From Alphaproteobacteria bacterium (GTDB lineage Bacteria > Pseudomonadota > Alphaproteobacteria > SMXQ01), in NCBI GenBank assembly GCA_033720855.1, contig JAWWBR010000005.1, positions 1-63,804 on the forward strand: DNA of 63,804 bases, written 5' to 3'. A model generated the notes under the pieces. That model was not told the DNA's origin, did not search any database, and worked only from the letters and a program-made list of their open reading frames with translations. How positions within the stretch are numbered: the stretch's first letter is position 1; each line of letters starts with the position of its first letter. Made by a program: the position numbers and the translations under genes. Below are positions 36,842-48,627 of the stretch, piece after piece.

Positions 36842-37866
36842 ACGAAGAACCGCAGGATTTTAAGGGGTTGATCGCCCAGGTGGCGGACGGCACCAGCCTC
36901 AGCCGCGCCCAGGCCGAGGAGGCCTTCGAGATCATCATGTCGGGCGACGCGACGCCGTCGCAGATGGGCGCCTTCCTGATGGCGCTCCGGGTGCGCGGCG
37001 AGACCGTCGAGGAGATCACCGGCGCCGCCACGGTGATGCGGGCCAAGGCGCTTTCGGTCGCGGCGCCGGCCGGCGCCATCGACACCTGCGGCACCGGCGG
37101 CGATGCCAGCGGCACCTACAACATCTCCACCGGGGCCGCGCTGGTGGTGGCGGCCTGCGGCGTGCCCGTGGCCAAGCACGGCAATCGGGCGCTGAGCTCG
37201 AAATCGGGCTCGGCCGACGTGCTGGCGGCGCTGGGGGTCAATATCGAGGCCGAGATGGCCCGGGTCGAGCAATCCATGACCGAGGCCAATATCGGCTTCC
37301 TGATGGCGCCCCGCCACCACGCCGCCATGCGCCATGTCGGCCCTACCCGGGTCGAGCTCGGCACCCGCACCATCTTCAACCTGCTGGGGCCGCTCTCCAA
37401 CCCGGCCGGCGCCAAGCGCCAGCTGATCGGCGTGTTCCACCATCAGTGGACCGGACCCCTGGCCGAGGTGCTGGGGCAATTGGGCACCGAGCGGGCCTGG
37501 GTGGTGCACGGCTCCGACGGGCTCGACGAGATCACCACCACCGGCGCGAGCTATGTCGCCGAGCTCAAGGACGGCAAGGTGACGGCCTTCGAGGTGACGC
37601 CGGAGGATGCCGGGCTTGCCCGCGCCGACCCGGCCGACCTCAAGGGCGGCGATGCCGAGACCAACGCGCGGGCGATCACCGATCTCCTGGCCGGCGCCGA
37701 GGGGCCCTATCGCGACATCGTGCTGCTCAACGCCGCCGCCGCCCTGGTCGTCGCCGATAAGGCGGAGGACCTCACCGCCGGCGTCGGACTCGCCGCCGAG
37801 GCCATCGCTTCGGGCAAGGCCAAGGACACCCTTGCCCGCCTCGTCGCCATCACCAACGCGGACTGA
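36838..37866 (+). CDS. trpD: Anthranilate phosphoribosyltransferase
   Basis: [28 protein letters not shown]. Confidence 0.97.
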   Translation: MNEEPQDFKGLIAQVADGTSLSRAQAEEAFEIIMSGDATPSQMGAFLMALRVRGETVEEITGAATVMRAKALSVAAPAGAIDTCGTGGDASGTYNISTGAALVVAACGVPVAKHGNRALSSKSGSADVLAALGVNIEAEMARVEQSMTEANIGFLMAPRHHAAMRHVGPTRVELGTRTIFNLLGPLSNPAGAKRQLIGVFHHQWTGPLAEVLGQLGTERAWVVHGSDGLDEITTTGASYVAELKDGKVTAFEVTPEDAGLARADPADLKGGDAETNARAITDLLAGAEGPYRDIVLLNAAAALVVADKAEDLTAGVGLAAEAIASGKAKDTLARLVAITNAD

Positions 37867-37886
37867 GCCCGAGGGGCGGGGAAGGC

Positions 37887-38708
37887 ATGTCCGACAAGCT
37901 GCAAGAGATTTGCGCGCGCAAGCGGGACCATGTCGCCGCCTGCAAGGCGTCGCGGCCGCGGGCTGCGGTCGAGGAGGCCGCCGGCGCCGCCGGTCCGGTC
38001 CGCGGCTTCCGCGCCGCGCTCGAGGCCAAGCTCGCCGGCGGCGGGCTCGGGCTCATCGCCGAGATCAAGAGGGCGAGCCCGTCGGCCGGCCTGATCCGCG
38101 CCGATTTCGACGCCGCGGGGCTGGCCCGCGCCTACGCCTCGGGCGGCGCCGCCTGCCTCTCGGTGCTGACCGATACCCCGTATTTCCAGGGCAGCGACGA
38201 CGACCTCGCGGCGGCGCGCGGCGCCGTCGACCTGCCGGCGCTGCGCAAGGACTTCATGGTCGACCCCTACCAGATCGCCGAATCCCGGGCGCTCGGCGCC
38301 GATTGCGTGCTGCTGATCCTGGCCGTGCTCGATGACGGCCTGGCGGCGGAGCTGGCGGCGGCGGCCCGAAGCTTGGGCATGGACGCGCTTGTCGAGGTCC
38401 ACGACGAGGCCGAGCTCGAACGCGCCGCCCGGCTCGAGACCGGGCTGATCGGCATCAACAACCGCAATCTCAAGACCCTTGAAACCGACCTCGCGGTCAC
38501 CGAACGGCTGGCGCCGCGGGCGCCCAAGGACGCGGTGCTGGTCTGCGAAAGCGGCATCTCCGGGCCCCAGGACATCAGCCGCATGGCCGCCGCGGGGCCG
38601 CGCTGTTTCCTGGTCGGCGAGTCGCTGATGCGCGAGGCCGACGTGGCCGCCGCCGCCCGCGCCCTGCTCGCGGCCGAGGTGCCCGGGGCCCAGGCGATGG
38701 AGGCCTGA
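37887..38708 (+). CDS. trpC: Indole-3-glycerol phosphate synthase
   Basis: [39 protein letters not shown]. Confidence 0.97.
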   Translation: MSDKLQEICARKRDHVAACKASRPRAAVEEAAGAAGPVRGFRAALEAKLAGGGLGLIAEIKRASPSAGLIRADFDAAGLARAYASGGAACLSVLTDTPYFQGSDDDLAAARGAVDLPALRKDFMVDPYQIAESRALGADCVLLILAVLDDGLAAELAAAARSLGMDALVEVHDEAELERAARLETGLIGINNRNLKTLETDLAVTERLAPRAPKDAVLVCESGISGPQDISRMAAAGPRCFLVGESLMREADVAAAARALLAAEVPGAQAMEA

Positions 38709-38711
38709 ACC

Positions 38712-39218
38712 ATGGCGGAATTCACCCATCTCGACGAAAAGGGCAATGCGCGGATGGTCGACGTCGGCGACAAGGAAGTGACCGAGCGCAGCGCCACGGC
38801 CAAGGGCCGCATCCATGTCTCGCCGGAGACGCTGGCGGCGATCCGCGAGGGCGGCGTCGCCAAGGGCGACGTCTTCTCGGTCTCGCGCCTGGCCGGGATC
38901 ATGGGGGCCAAGAAGACGCCCGAGCTGATCCCGCTGTGCCATCCCTTGCCGCTGAGCTCGGTCGCCGTCGAGCTGGCCGAGGCGGCGGACGGGGCGAGCG
39001 CCATCGACATCACCGCCACCTGCAAGGTCACCGCCAGGACCGGGGTCGAGATGGAGGCGCTCACCGCCGTCGCCGTCGCCGCGCTGACCGTCTACGACAT
39101 GTGCAAGGCGGCCGACCGCTCCATGCGCATCACCGATGTCCGGCTGATCCACAAGGCCGGCGGCCGGTCGGGGACCTACCGGGCCGAGGAGCCCGAAGCG
39201 GGCACCGACGATGGCTGA
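38712..39218 (+). CDS. moaC: Cyclic pyranopterin monophosphate synthase MoaC
   Basis: [28 protein letters not shown]. Confidence 0.97.
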   Translation: MAEFTHLDEKGNARMVDVGDKEVTERSATAKGRIHVSPETLAAIREGGVAKGDVFSVSRLAGIMGAKKTPELIPLCHPLPLSSVAVELAEAADGASAIDITATCKVTARTGVEMEALTAVAVAALTVYDMCKAADRSMRITDVRLIHKAGGRSGTYRAEEPEAGTDDG

Positions 39219-40431
39219 GATGATCTCCGTCGCCGAGGCGCGGAGCCGCATCTCTGACGCCTTCGCACCGCTGGCCACGGAACTGGTGGGCCTCAGCGAC
39301 GCCGTCGGCCGGGCCTTGGCCGAGGATCTCGCCGCCCGGCGCACCCAGCCGCCCAGCGCGGTTTCGGCGATGGACGGCTACGCCGTCAGGGCGGCGGATG
39401 TGGCCGAGGTGCCGGCGACGCTCGAGGTCATCGGCGAGGCGCCGGCGGGCGGCGCCTTCGCGGGCACCCTCGGCCCCGGCCAGGCGGTCCGCATCTTCAC
39501 CGGCGGTCCGGTGCCGGCCGGCGCCGACGCCATCGTCATCCAGGAGGATACCGACCTCGGCGACCCGGACGTCACGGTCAAGGAAGCCGCGCCCGCGGGC
39601 CAGCATATCCGCGCCGCCGGCATCGATTTTTCCGAGGGCGAGGTGCTGCTCACCGCGGGCCGCCGCCTGGGCGCCCGCGACATCGGCCTTGCCGCCTCCA
39701 TGAACCATCCCTGGATCCCGGTCATCCGCCGGCCCCGCATCGCCCTGCTGGCCACCGGCGACGAGGTGGTGCGGCCGGGCGATCCCCTCGGCCCCAACCA
39801 GATCGTCAGTTCCAACGGCCCAGCCCTCGCCGCCTTCATCGAAAGCCGCGGCGGCATCGCCGTCGACCTCGGCATCGCCCGCGACGACGAGGCCTCGATC
39901 CGGGCCCTGGCCGGGGGCGCGCGGGGCGCCGACCTCCTGATCACCATGGGCGGGGTCTCGGTGGGCGACCGCGACCTGGTGCAGAAGGTGCTGGGCGAGG
40001 TCGGGCTCGAGGTCGATTTCTGGCGCATCGCCATGAAGCCGGGCAAGCCGCTGATGTTCGGCCTCCTCGGCGGCACGCCGGTCCTCGGCCTGCCCGGCAA
40101 CCCGGTCTCCTCCATGGTCTGCGCCATGCTGTTCCTGGGCCCGGCGATGGACCGGATGCTGGGCCTACCGGGCTCCGGCCTGCCCCTGATCCGCGCCCGC
40201 CTGGGCGCCGATGTCGCGGCCAACAATTTCCGCGAGGACTACATGCGCGCGACCGTCACCACCGGCGAGGACGGCACATTGGTGGCGACGCCGCTCAAGA
40301 TCCAGGATTCGTCGATGATGTCGGCGCTGGCGCGCGCCGACGGGCTCATCATACGCCCGCCCGATGCGCCGCCGGCAGCGGCCGGCGACTGGGCCGACGT
40401 CATACCGCTCGGCGAGATCCGCGGCGCCTGA
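39211..40431 (+). CDS. moeA: Molybdopterin molybdotransferase MoeA
   Basis: [33 protein letters not shown]. Confidence 0.96.
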   Translation: MAEMISVAEARSRISDAFAPLATELVGLSDAVGRALAEDLAARRTQPPSAVSAMDGYAVRAADVAEVPATLEVIGEAPAGGAFAGTLGPGQAVRIFTGGPVPAGADAIVIQEDTDLGDPDVTVKEAAPAGQHIRAAGIDFSEGEVLLTAGRRLGARDIGLAASMNHPWIPVIRRPRIALLATGDEVVRPGDPLGPNQIVSSNGPALAAFIESRGGIAVDLGIARDDEASIRALAGGARGADLLITMGGVSVGDRDLVQKVLGEVGLEVDFWRIAMKPGKPLMFGLLGGTPVLGLPGNPVSSMVCAMLFLGPAMDRMLGLPGSGLPLIRARLGADVAANNFREDYMRATVTTGEDGTLVATPLKIQDSSMMSALARADGLIIRPPDAPPAAAGDWADVIPLGEIRGA

Positions 40432-40489
40432 GCCGCCACCCGCCCGAATCGCAAAAATACGGGGCGATTTTCGCCTTGACCCGGCATGA

Positions 40490-40528
40490 GAACTAAACTA
40501 GAACATGGGGTGCGTTTTTGTTTTGTTC
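40490..40528. promoter_or_regulatory. Two alphaproteobacterial LexA (SOS) boxes upstream of lexA
   Basis: GAAC-TAAACTA-GAAC (40490-40504, perfect) and GTTT-TTGTTTT-GTTC (40514-40528, one mismatch). Confidence 0.88.
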
Positions 40529-40597
40529 TATATCTTGTGCCTGCGGCCCACCGGCCACACCATCATTGAGACCCATCGACCTCACGGATCGCCCGCC

Positions 40598-41293
40598 ATG
40601 TTGACCAAGAAACAGCACGAACTTCTCGTCTATATCGATGCCCGCCTCAAGAAGACCGGCGTCTGCCCGTCCTTCGACGAGATGAAGGATGCGCTGGGAC
40701 TGAAATCCAAGTCCGGCATCCACCGCCTGATCACCGGCCTCGAGGAGCGCGGCTTCATCCGCCGCCTGCCCCATCGCGCCCGCGCGCTCGAGGTGCTGCG
40801 CCTGGCCGACAGCACCGCCAGCCCCGCCGCCGCCAACTTCGACGCCAAGGTGATCAAGGGCGAGTTCAATGCCGGGCCCCGCGGCGCCCCCACCGCGCCC
40901 ACCGAAGAGGCGGTGGAACTGCCGCTGTTCGGCCGCATCGCCGCGGGCACGCCGATCGAGGCCCTGCGCGATCCGGAAAACGCCGTCGCCGTGCCGCCGG
41001 GCATGGTCGGACGGGGCAAGCACTACGCGTTGGAGATCGAGGGCGATTCGATGGTCGAGGCCGGCATCCTCGACGGCGACATCGCCATCATCCGCGAAGG
41101 CCAGACCGCCGATAACGGCACCATCGTCGTCGCCCTGGTCGACGACAACGAGGTGACCCTCAAGCGGCTCCGGCGCAAGGGCCAGTCGGTGGCCCTCGAG
41201 CCCGCCAACGCCGCCTACGAGACCCGCATCTTCGGCCCCGACCAGGTCAAGGTCCAGGGCACCCTGGTCGGCCTGATCCGAACCTATCACTGA
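40598..41293 (+). CDS. lexA: SOS repressor LexA
   Basis: [28 protein letters not shown] cleavage site, GDSM, TLKR. Confidence 0.97.
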   Translation: MLTKKQHELLVYIDARLKKTGVCPSFDEMKDALGLKSKSGIHRLITGLEERGFIRRLPHRARALEVLRLADSTASPAAANFDAKVIKGEFNAGPRGAPTAPTEEAVELPLFGRIAAGTPIEALRDPENAVAVPPGMVGRGKHYALEIEGDSMVEAGILDGDIAIIREGQTADNGTIVVALVDDNEVTLKRLRRKGQSVALEPANAAYETRIFGPDQVKVQGTLVGLIRTYH

Positions 41294-41329
41294 CCGCCGT
41301 CGAGGGGCGGCCCAGCGGCGGCCGCCCGC

Positions 41330-43543
41330 CTAGCGCAGGGCGCGCCCCGCCGTCCACGGCCTCTCGCCGCGCCGTCCGGCGACACTCTCGATCCTGATTG
41401 CGCCCTCGCCTTCGAACCACACCGCGTGGCTGCCCTCGCGGGCGAGCGCCCGGCGCGAGATCAGGCGCGCCCCGCCCCGGCACGGGAAGCGGTAGAGCGA
41501 GGTCAGGGCGATGACCAGGTCGGCGCGGGGACAGTCCTCGGCAACCGCCGCCGGATGGCGGATCACGCTGGTGACGAAGCCGCGGATGTGGGCGACGCAG
41601 GCCAAGGCATCGCAGCGCAAGACACCTTCTTGCGCGGCGTCCCGGCCGTCGGCTTTGCGCGCGCGCCTGGCTGCGGCGGGCGGCGCGAGATCCCCGGCCA
41701 GTCCGCTGCGCCGGAGCCAAATGTTCCGCTGGAAGCGCGAGCCCGCGCCATCGGCGAAGACAAGGTTGCCATCGGCCTTGCGCACCGCGAAGGCGCGCCC
41801 GTCGCCGGCGATCAGGAGATCGGGCGCGGGCGCCCAAAGGACGGAGAGCAGGCCCGCCGCCACCGCCGCCAGCCCGGCGAGCCGCCAGGGCCGTCGCCAC
41901 AGGATCAGCCACAGCCCGCCCAAAGTGATGAGCCCGAGCCCCCAGACCGGCATGGTCGGAACGAACAGGGACGCCCCGGGGCTGTCGGCGATGGTTCGGG
42001 CGATGGCGAGCACCCCGTCGATGCCCCAGCCCATGGGCCGAAGCGCGATCTCCTCCAGCCCCAGCGGCATCAACAAATAGGCCAAGGTCGCGAGCGGCAT
42101 GATCCAAAACGCGGTCAGCGGCACGGCACCGAGATTGGCGGCGATGCCATAGGCGGCCAGGCGATTGAAGTGGTAGAGCGCGAACGGCGCCGTGGCGAGG
42201 CCGGCGATCAGGGTCGTGATCAGGACGCCCAGCAGGTAGACCAGCGCCCGGCGTCCCACCCCGCCCTCGCCGTGGAGCCGCGTGAGCGGCCCGCGCAGAA
42301 CCTCGTAGCCGGCGATCAGCGCGGCGACGGCGGCGAACGACATCTGGAAGCTGGGCCCGGTAAGGCTGTCGGGCGCGAGCAGGAGGATCACCGCCGCGGC
42401 GAAGGCCACCAGGCGCATCGACAGCGCCGAACGGTCGAGCATCACCGCGCCCAGGACCAGGGCCACCATGAGGAAGGCGCGCTGGGTCGGAACCGTGGCG
42501 CCGGTGAGAAGCATGTAGGCGAAGGCGCCGGCGAGCGCCGCCGCCGCCGCCCATTTCTTGATCGGATGCCTGACGGCGATGCGCGGCATCAGCGCCAGCA
42601 CCGCCCGCAGGCCGAAGAACAGGATCCCCGTCACCAGGCCGATATGGAGGCCGGAGATCGCCAGCAGATGCGCGAGGCCCGCGGCCCGCATCGCTTCCAT
42701 GGCGTCTTCCGGGATATGCCCCCTTTGGCCCGTCATCAGGGCCCCGGCGATGCCGCCCGCGGCACCGGGGAGGGCAGCGGTGATGCGGGCGAACAGGCGG
42801 CCCCGCAGGCCCTCGACGGCCTCGGCCGCCCAGGCCCAAGCCCCGGCCAGGACGCCCGGCCCGGCGCCCGCCGCCGGGCGCGGTTGCGGCGGCCTGACGG
42901 CGAAGCCGACGGCGCCGACGCCGTCGAACCAGGCCGCCCGGGCGAAATCATAGCCGCCGGGGACCGCCGGCGCCGGCGGCGGCAGGAGGATCGCCAGCAC
43001 CTCGACGCCGGCCCCGGGACGTAGCGCTCCGGCGCCGTCCGGCGTCAGCGCCGGACGCACCCGGACGCGGACGCGGTGCGGCGTCTTTTCCGCCGGCAGG
43101 CGGTCGATGCCGGAGACCTCCAGGGTCAGGCGCACGCCCTTGAGGGCGGGCTCGCTCTGGGCGATGCGGCCCGTCACCATGACCGGGCCGAGGCGCTCGG
43201 CGAGGACCGGCGCGGCCACCCGGGCGCTCTGACCCTTGACGGCGAGGAAGCCGAGCGCCGGCGCCCCGATCAGGAAGGCGGCCACGATCCAGCCGCCGCC
43301 CTGCCCGCCCTTGCCGGTCCGATGCATGCCGAAGAGGCCCAGGGCGAGAGCGAGGGCGAGCAGCCCCGCCGCCGCGCCGAAGCCGGGCTCGAAGGGAAGC
43401 GCGAAATAGACGCCGATGCCGGCGCCGATGCCGACCGGCAACCACAAGGGCCAGCGCTCCCGCTCGGCGGCGAAGGCCGAGCGGACGCCGCCGACCCAGG
43501 CGGCAACCGGAACTCTCCTCAACGTCTCCGCCACCGTCATCAA
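41330..43543 (-). CDS. comEC: ComEC/Rec2 competence membrane protein
   Basis: PGGYDF, GLAHLLAISGLHIG, GATVPTQRA, SFQMSF; no intact C-terminal metallo-beta-lactamase HxHxDH. Confidence 0.92.
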   Translation of the reverse strand: MMTVAETLRRVPVAAWVGGVRSAFAAERERWPLWLPVGIGAGIGVYFALPFEPGFGAAAGLLALALALGLFGMHRTGKGGQGGGWIVAAFLIGAPALGFLAVKGQSARVAAPVLAERLGPVMVTGRIAQSEPALKGVRLTLEVSGIDRLPAEKTPHRVRVRVRPALTPDGAGALRPGAGVEVLAILLPPPAPAVPGGYDFARAAWFDGVGAVGFAVRPPQPRPAAGAGPGVLAGAWAWAAEAVEGLRGRLFARITAALPGAAGGIAGALMTGQRGHIPEDAMEAMRAAGLAHLLAISGLHIGLVTGILFFGLRAVLALMPRIAVRHPIKKWAAAAALAGAFAYMLLTGATVPTQRAFLMVALVLGAVMLDRSALSMRLVAFAAAVILLLAPDSLTGPSFQMSFAAVAALIAGYEVLRGPLTRLHGEGGVGRRALVYLLGVLITTLIAGLATAPFALYHFNRLAAYGIAANLGAVPLTAFWIMPLATLAYLLMPLGLEEIALRPMGWGIDGVLAIARTIADSPGASLFVPTMPVWGLGLITLGGLWLILWRRPWRLAGLAAVAAGLLSVLWAPAPDLLIAGDGRAFAVRKADGNLVFADGAGSRFQRNIWLRRSGLAGDLAPPAAARRARKADGRDAAQEGVLRCDALACVAHIRGFVTSVIRHPAAVAEDCPRADLVIALTSLYRFPCRGGARLISRRALAREGSHAVWFEGEGAIRIESVAGRRGERPWTAGRALR

Positions 43544-43649
43544 CGCCTATCCCCCGGGCGCGGCAACAAAGCCCTGCGCAGCCGCCTGCCGATATGCTAG
43601 TAACGGGTCCTCCGCGTCCAAAGCTTAGCAACAGATCTGCCCGGGAGCC

Positions 43650-45074
43650 ATGGCCCAACCCTCCGACGTCGTCACCCGTTTCGCACCGAGCCCGACCGGA
43701 TTCCTGCATATCGGCGGGGTGCGGACGGCGCTCTTCAACTGGCTGTTCGCCCGCCACCACCAGGGCCGCTATCTGCTCCGGATCGAGGATACCGACCGCA
43801 AGCGCTCGACCGACGACGCCATCGCCGCGATCCTCGACGGGCTTGAGTGGATGGGGCTCGATTGGGACGGCGACGTGGTCTACCAGTCGAAACGGGCCGA
43901 GCGCCACGCCGAGGCCGCCCGCGGGCTGCTCGCGCGCGGCGGCGCCTATCTCTGTTTCGCCACGCCCGAGGAGCTCGCCGAGATGCGCGAGCTCGCCAAG
44001 GCCGAGGGGCGCTCGATGCGCTACGACGGGCGCTGGCGCGACCGCGATCCCGCCGACGCGCCGCCGGGCATCGAGCCGGTGGTCCGCTTCAAGGCGCCGC
44101 GGGACGGCGAGACCGTCATCGAGGACCGCATCCAGGGCACGGTCCGGGTCGCCAATGCCGAGCTCGACGACATGATCCTGCTGCGCTCCGACGGGACGCC
44201 CACCTATATGCTGTCGGTGGTGGTGGACGACCATGTCATGGGCATAACCGTGGTCATCCGCGGCGTCGACCACCTGACCAACAGCTTCCGCCAGGCCCAG
44301 CTCTATGCCGCCCTCGGCTTCGCGGTTCCCACCTTCGCCCATATGCCGCTGCTCCACGGCGCCGACGGCGCCAAACTGTCGAAGCGCCACGGGGCGCTCG
44401 GCGTCGAGGCCTATCGCGACATGGGAATCCTGCCCGAAGCGATGTTCAACTACCTCCTCAGGCTGGGCTGGAGCCACGGCGACGACGAGATCATTTCCCG
44501 CGACGATGCCATCCGCTGGTTCACCCTGGAGGCGGTGGGCCGGTCTGCGGCACGTTTCGACATGGAGCGGCTCAGGAGCCTGAATGCCCATTACATCCGC
44601 GAGTCCGACGATGAGCGCCTGCTGGAGCTTGCCCTGCCCCAGATCGAGGCGGCCATCGGCGGCCCCGTGGACGCCGCCGGACGGGAGCGCCTCGCCCGTG
44701 GCCTCGCCGGCCTCAAACCGCGCGCGGCGACCGTCAACGAACTCGCCGAGAAGGCGGCATTCTACGTCGCCCCCAGGCCGCTGGCGCTGACCGCCAAGGC
44801 GCAAAAGCAACTAAGCGGGGAGGCGCTCGCCCACCTGGCGGCACTGGCCCCCGGGCTCGCCGCCCTCGAAACCTGGGATGCGGACAGCGTCGAGACCCAA
44901 ATCCGCGCCTTCGTCGAGGACCGCGGCCTCAAGCTCGGCGCGGTGGCGCAACCCCTGCGCGCGGCGCTGACGGGGAAGACCGAATCGCCCGGCCTGTTCG
45001 AGCTCCTGGACGTGCTCGGCCGCGACGAATCACTCGCCCGGCTGGCCGATGTTACGGCCCCTACCGACGCCTGA
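43650..45074 (+). CDS. gltX: Glutamate-tRNA ligase
   Basis: [26 protein letters not shown]. Confidence 0.97.
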   Translation: MAQPSDVVTRFAPSPTGFLHIGGVRTALFNWLFARHHQGRYLLRIEDTDRKRSTDDAIAAILDGLEWMGLDWDGDVVYQSKRAERHAEAARGLLARGGAYLCFATPEELAEMRELAKAEGRSMRYDGRWRDRDPADAPPGIEPVVRFKAPRDGETVIEDRIQGTVRVANAELDDMILLRSDGTPTYMLSVVVDDHVMGITVVIRGVDHLTNSFRQAQLYAALGFAVPTFAHMPLLHGADGAKLSKRHGALGVEAYRDMGILPEAMFNYLLRLGWSHGDDEIISRDDAIRWFTLEAVGRSAARFDMERLRSLNAHYIRESDDERLLELALPQIEAAIGGPVDAAGRERLARGLAGLKPRAATVNELAEKAAFYVAPRPLALTAKAQKQLSGEALAHLAALAPGLAALETWDADSVETQIRAFVEDRGLKLGAVAQPLRAALTGKTESPGLFELLDVLGRDESLARLADVTAPTDA

Positions 45075-45128
45075 ACGGGAAACCCGGATCAAGCCGGATT
45101 TTTTGCCGTAATCCGCGTCCTCACCGGT

Positions 45129-45157
45129 TTGATAAATGCGAACGGGCACTATATGCT
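45129..45157 (+). promoter_or_regulatory. Putative sigma70 promoter of gltA
   Basis: TTGATA-N17-TATGCT. Confidence 0.55.
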
Positions 45158-45238
45158 GGCCCACCGATCGTGCAGGACTACCGCGAACGGCCCGGCGGGG
45201 GCCGGTTTGCACCGCGGGCTTATCAGGGAAGGACGAGC

Positions 45239-46561
45239 ATGGCGAGAACCACGTCGCGCAAGGGTAAAAAGGAAAGCGTTACCCTCACGGACAATTCGAC
45301 CGGGAAGACGGCGGAGTTTCCGCTATTGAAGGGCCGGTTGGGGCCCAAGGTCATCGATATCCGCTCTCTCTACGCCGAGACCGGGTATTTCACCTACGAC
45401 CCCGGCTATACCGCCACCGGCTCCACCGAATCGACCATCACCTATATCGACGGCGACAAGGGGGTTCTTCTCCACCGCGGCTATTCCATCGAGGAACTGG
45501 CCGAGAAAAGCGACTACATGGAGGTCTGCTACCTGCTGCTCAACGGCGAGTTGCCCAACCGCGCCGAAAAGCGTGCGTTCGAGGAGATCATCACCCGCCA
45601 CACCATGGTGCACGAGCAGCTCAATTACTTCTTTCGCGGCTTCCGGCGCGACGCCCACCCCATGGCCATCATGTGCGGCGTGGTGGGCGCGCTCTCGGCC
45701 TTCTACCACGATTCCACCGATATCAACGATCCGCACCAGCGCATGATCGCCTCCTACCGGCTGGTGGCGAAGATGCCGACCATCGCCGCCATGGCCTACA
45801 AGTTCTCCATCGGCCAGCCCTTCATGTATCCGCGCAACGACCTCAAATACGCGGAAAATTTCCTCTACATGATGTTCGGCGTGCCGTGCGAGGACTACGA
45901 GGTCAACCCGGTGCTGGCCGAGGCCATGGATCGCATCTTCATCCTCCACGCCGATCACGAGCAGAACGCTTCGACCTCGACCGTTCGGCTGGCCGGCTCG
46001 ACCGGCGCCAACCCGTTCGCCTGCATCGCCGCCGGCATCGCCTCGTTGTGGGGCCCCGCCCATGGCGGCGCCAACGAAGCGGTGCTGAACATGCTGGGCG
46101 AGATCGGCCACACGCGAAACATCAAATCCTATCTCGCACGGGTCAAGGACCGGACCGACCCGACCATGCTGATGGGCTTCGGCCACCGCGTCTACAAGAA
46201 CTACGACCCGCGCGCCAAGGTTCTGCAGAAGTCGTGCCATGCGGTGCTGAAGGAACTCAAGATCAAGAACGAGCCGCTTTTGGACCTGGCCCTGGAGCTC
46301 GAGCACATGGCGCTCAACGACAGCTACTTCGTCGACCGCAAGCTCTACCCCAATGTCGATTTCTATTCGGGGATCATCCTCAAGGCGATGGGTTTCCCGA
46401 CCTCGATGTTCACCGTCCTGTTCGCGGTGGCAAGGACCGTGGGCTGGATCGCCCAATGGAACGAGCTGATCGAGGACAAGGAACAGAAGATCGGCCGGCC
46501 GCGCCAGATCTACACCGGCAAGGGCCGGCGCAAATACGTCCCCATCTCCAAACGGAAATAA
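45239..46561 (+). CDS. gltA: Citrate synthase (type II)
   Basis: [40 protein letters not shown]. Confidence 0.98.
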   Translation: MARTTSRKGKKESVTLTDNSTGKTAEFPLLKGRLGPKVIDIRSLYAETGYFTYDPGYTATGSTESTITYIDGDKGVLLHRGYSIEELAEKSDYMEVCYLLLNGELPNRAEKRAFEEIITRHTMVHEQLNYFFRGFRRDAHPMAIMCGVVGALSAFYHDSTDINDPHQRMIASYRLVAKMPTIAAMAYKFSIGQPFMYPRNDLKYAENFLYMMFGVPCEDYEVNPVLAEAMDRIFILHADHEQNASTSTVRLAGSTGANPFACIAAGIASLWGPAHGGANEAVLNMLGEIGHTRNIKSYLARVKDRTDPTMLMGFGHRVYKNYDPRAKVLQKSCHAVLKELKIKNEPLLDLALELEHMALNDSYFVDRKLYPNVDFYSGIILKAMGFPTSMFTVLFAVARTVGWIAQWNELIEDKEQKIGRPRQIYTGKGRRKYVPISKRK

Positions 46562-46573
46562 CCCGGCCCCGGC

Positions 46574-47809
46574 TCAGGCCCCTTGGCCGCCCGCGGCGGC
46601 GGTCCGCCGGTCCTCCAGCAATCTCATGACAACGTCGCAGGCGCTGCGGCTCGACGGCGGTCCGCCCAGGCCCAAGGCACGTGCCACCTGGGCCAGATCG
46701 CGGCCCTGGTCGCGGCGCGCCTCGGGGTCACGGAGAAGCCGGGTCAGCGCCGGAACGACACGCCGGGCGGTGCAATTCCACTGCAGGAATTCCGGTGCCA
46801 CCTGGCGTCCCAGGATCAGGTTGACCACCGAGGCATATTCGATCTTGGTCATCAGCTTGATGATCACGTAAGAGGTCAGCGTCAGCTTGTAGGTGATCAC
46901 CATGGGCACCCCGGCGATGGCGAGCTCGTAGGTCACCGTCCCCGAGGCGGCGAGGGCGGCGTCGCTGGCGGCGAACGCGTCCCTCTTCGCCGCCCGGTCG
47001 TGGGTGAAGATCACCGGCATGGGCCAGGTCGCGGCGGCGGCACGGACTTCACGCTCGACCGTCGCCACCGTCGGGACGACGACGGCGAGATCGGGAATCT
47101 GTTCGCGAAGGCCGGAGAGCACCTCGGCGTAGACCGGCAGCAGTTGCCGCACTTCCGAGTGGCGGCTGCCCGGCAATACGCAGAGCAGCGGCTGGGTCGG
47201 CGCGATCCCATGGGCGGCGCGGAAGGCGGGACCATCGCCTTCGTCCAAGCCCATCTCCGCGACGGGGTGGCCGATGAAGGTGCAGTCGAGCCCCCATTTG
47301 GTGAAATACGGCGCCTCGAAGGGAAAGATGGTCAGCAGGTGATCGAGGAAGCCGGCGATCATCCGCGCCCGGCGCGGTCGCCAGGCCCAGACCGTCGGCG
47401 CCACGTAATGCACGAGGGACGGCCCGCAACCCTTGAGTTTCTTGCCGACGCGGAATGCGAAGGCGGGCGAATCGATGCTGATCACGATATCGGGGTCGAG
47501 CGAGCGGACCCGTCTGGCGGTTTCGTTGATTCGCCTCAGCACTCCCGGGATATGCGGAATGATCTCGATGATGCCGCCGATGGAGAGCTCCTCCATGGGG
47601 AAGAAACTGCGGAAGCCGTAGGCGCTCCCCACCGCATGCATTTCCTCACCGCCGATGCCGGAAAACCGGACCTTGCCGCCGGTGCGCCGGATGAGCTCGG
47701 TCATCAGCCCGGCCCCCATGTGGTCGCCGGAATGCTCTCCCGCCAGCAGGCACACGTGGGGAACGGCCGCGGCGAGGCCCGGAGGCGCCTCTCCCGCCGC
47801 CGTCGTCAT
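46574..47809 (-). CDS. lpxB: Lipid A disaccharide synthase
   Basis: AGEHSGD, IDSPAF, YVAPTVWAWR, LPGSR, ASGT. Confidence 0.95.
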   Translation of the reverse strand: MTTAAGEAPPGLAAAVPHVCLLAGEHSGDHMGAGLMTELIRRTGGKVRFSGIGGEEMHAVGSAYGFRSFFPMEELSIGGIIEIIPHIPGVLRRINETARRVRSLDPDIVISIDSPAFAFRVGKKLKGCGPSLVHYVAPTVWAWRPRRARMIAGFLDHLLTIFPFEAPYFTKWGLDCTFIGHPVAEMGLDEGDGPAFRAAHGIAPTQPLLCVLPGSRHSEVRQLLPVYAEVLSGLREQIPDLAVVVPTVATVEREVRAAAATWPMPVIFTHDRAAKRDAFAASDAALAASGTVTYELAIAGVPMVITYKLTLTSYVIIKLMTKIEYASVVNLILGRQVAPEFLQWNCTARRVVPALTRLLRDPEARRDQGRDLAQVARALGLGGPPSSRSACDVVMRLLEDRRTAAAGGQGA

Positions 47810-48627
47810 GGCGCGACGGTCACGGCTTGGACGAAAAGGCCGGCGTCGTCCGCCGCCGCCACCACGCGATCTCGATGGATGACCAGGGTTGCGCCGGCCT
47901 CGATGACGAGGCCGCGCAGACCGCTGGCCGCCGCCTGGCGCACGGTTTCAACGCCGATCGTGGGCAGGTCGACGCGGCGCTCCTGATCGGGTTTCTTGAT
48001 CTTGACCAGGACGCCGCCGGGGCCCTCGCGACTGAGCGCCGCGCAACGCCGGATCAGGGCGTCGGTGCCCTCGATCGCCTCGACCCCGAGTACGGTGTTC
48101 TGCTGCACGACGACCGCCTGGCCGACATCGAGGGCGCCAAGGGCGCGCGCCACATCGAGCCCCAATTCGATGTCGATGAGCGCCTGTGCGTCGGGCGCGT
48201 GGCGCCCGAGGACCCCCTCTTCCACCAACAGTCCGGCGAGCAGGTCGTCGGCGCCGAGGACGTCGAGGCCCTCGCCCTCGAGCTCGTCCACCAGGATGCT
48301 GAGCAAACGATCGTCGCCCAAGGCGGCCTTTCCGAACTTCGCGAACAGCTGGGCGCCGCGCCCGTCGAGACCCAGTTTGAGCAGCGATGGCCGCCTCACC
48401 GCGCCGGCGAAGACCACTTCCCGGCAGCCTGCCGCGCGCAGCGCGTCTATGGCCCCGCCGACGGCGCCCAGCCGGACCCAGGCATGTTCATGGCCGGCGA
48501 CCAGGTCGGGCGAGGTCTGCCCCTCGATGGCGAGGATGAACGCGGCCCTGTTCTGGTCGCGCGCGGCATCGATGATGAGCGCCGGCAACTCCCCCTGACC
48601 GGCGATGATTCCGAGCTTAGGCGGCAC
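47806..48627 (-). CDS. lpxI: UDP-2,3-diacylglucosamine pyrophosphatase LpxI
   Basis: GIIAGQGELP, DVGQ, EAIEGTD, KPDQERRVDLPTIG; between lpxA and lpxB. Confidence 0.92.
   Translation of the reverse strand: MPPKLGIIAGQGELPALIIDAARDQNRAAFILAIEGQTSPDLVAGHEHAWVRLGAVGGAIDALRAAGCREVVFAGAVRRPSLLKLGLDGRGAQLFAKFGKAALGDDRLLSILVDELEGEGLDVLGADDLLAGLLVEEGVLGRHAPDAQALIDIELGLDVARALGALDVGQAVVVQQNTVLGVEAIEGTDALIRRCAALSREGPGGVLVKIKKPDQERRVDLPTIGVETVRQAAASGLRGLVIEAGATLVIHRDRVVAAADDAGLFVQAVTVAP

Noticed and set aside
41330-41830. ComEC without an intact metallo-beta-lactamase domain, suggesting a pseudogene
   Set aside because: The frame is intact, and this shortened C-terminus is common in alphaproteobacterial ComEC
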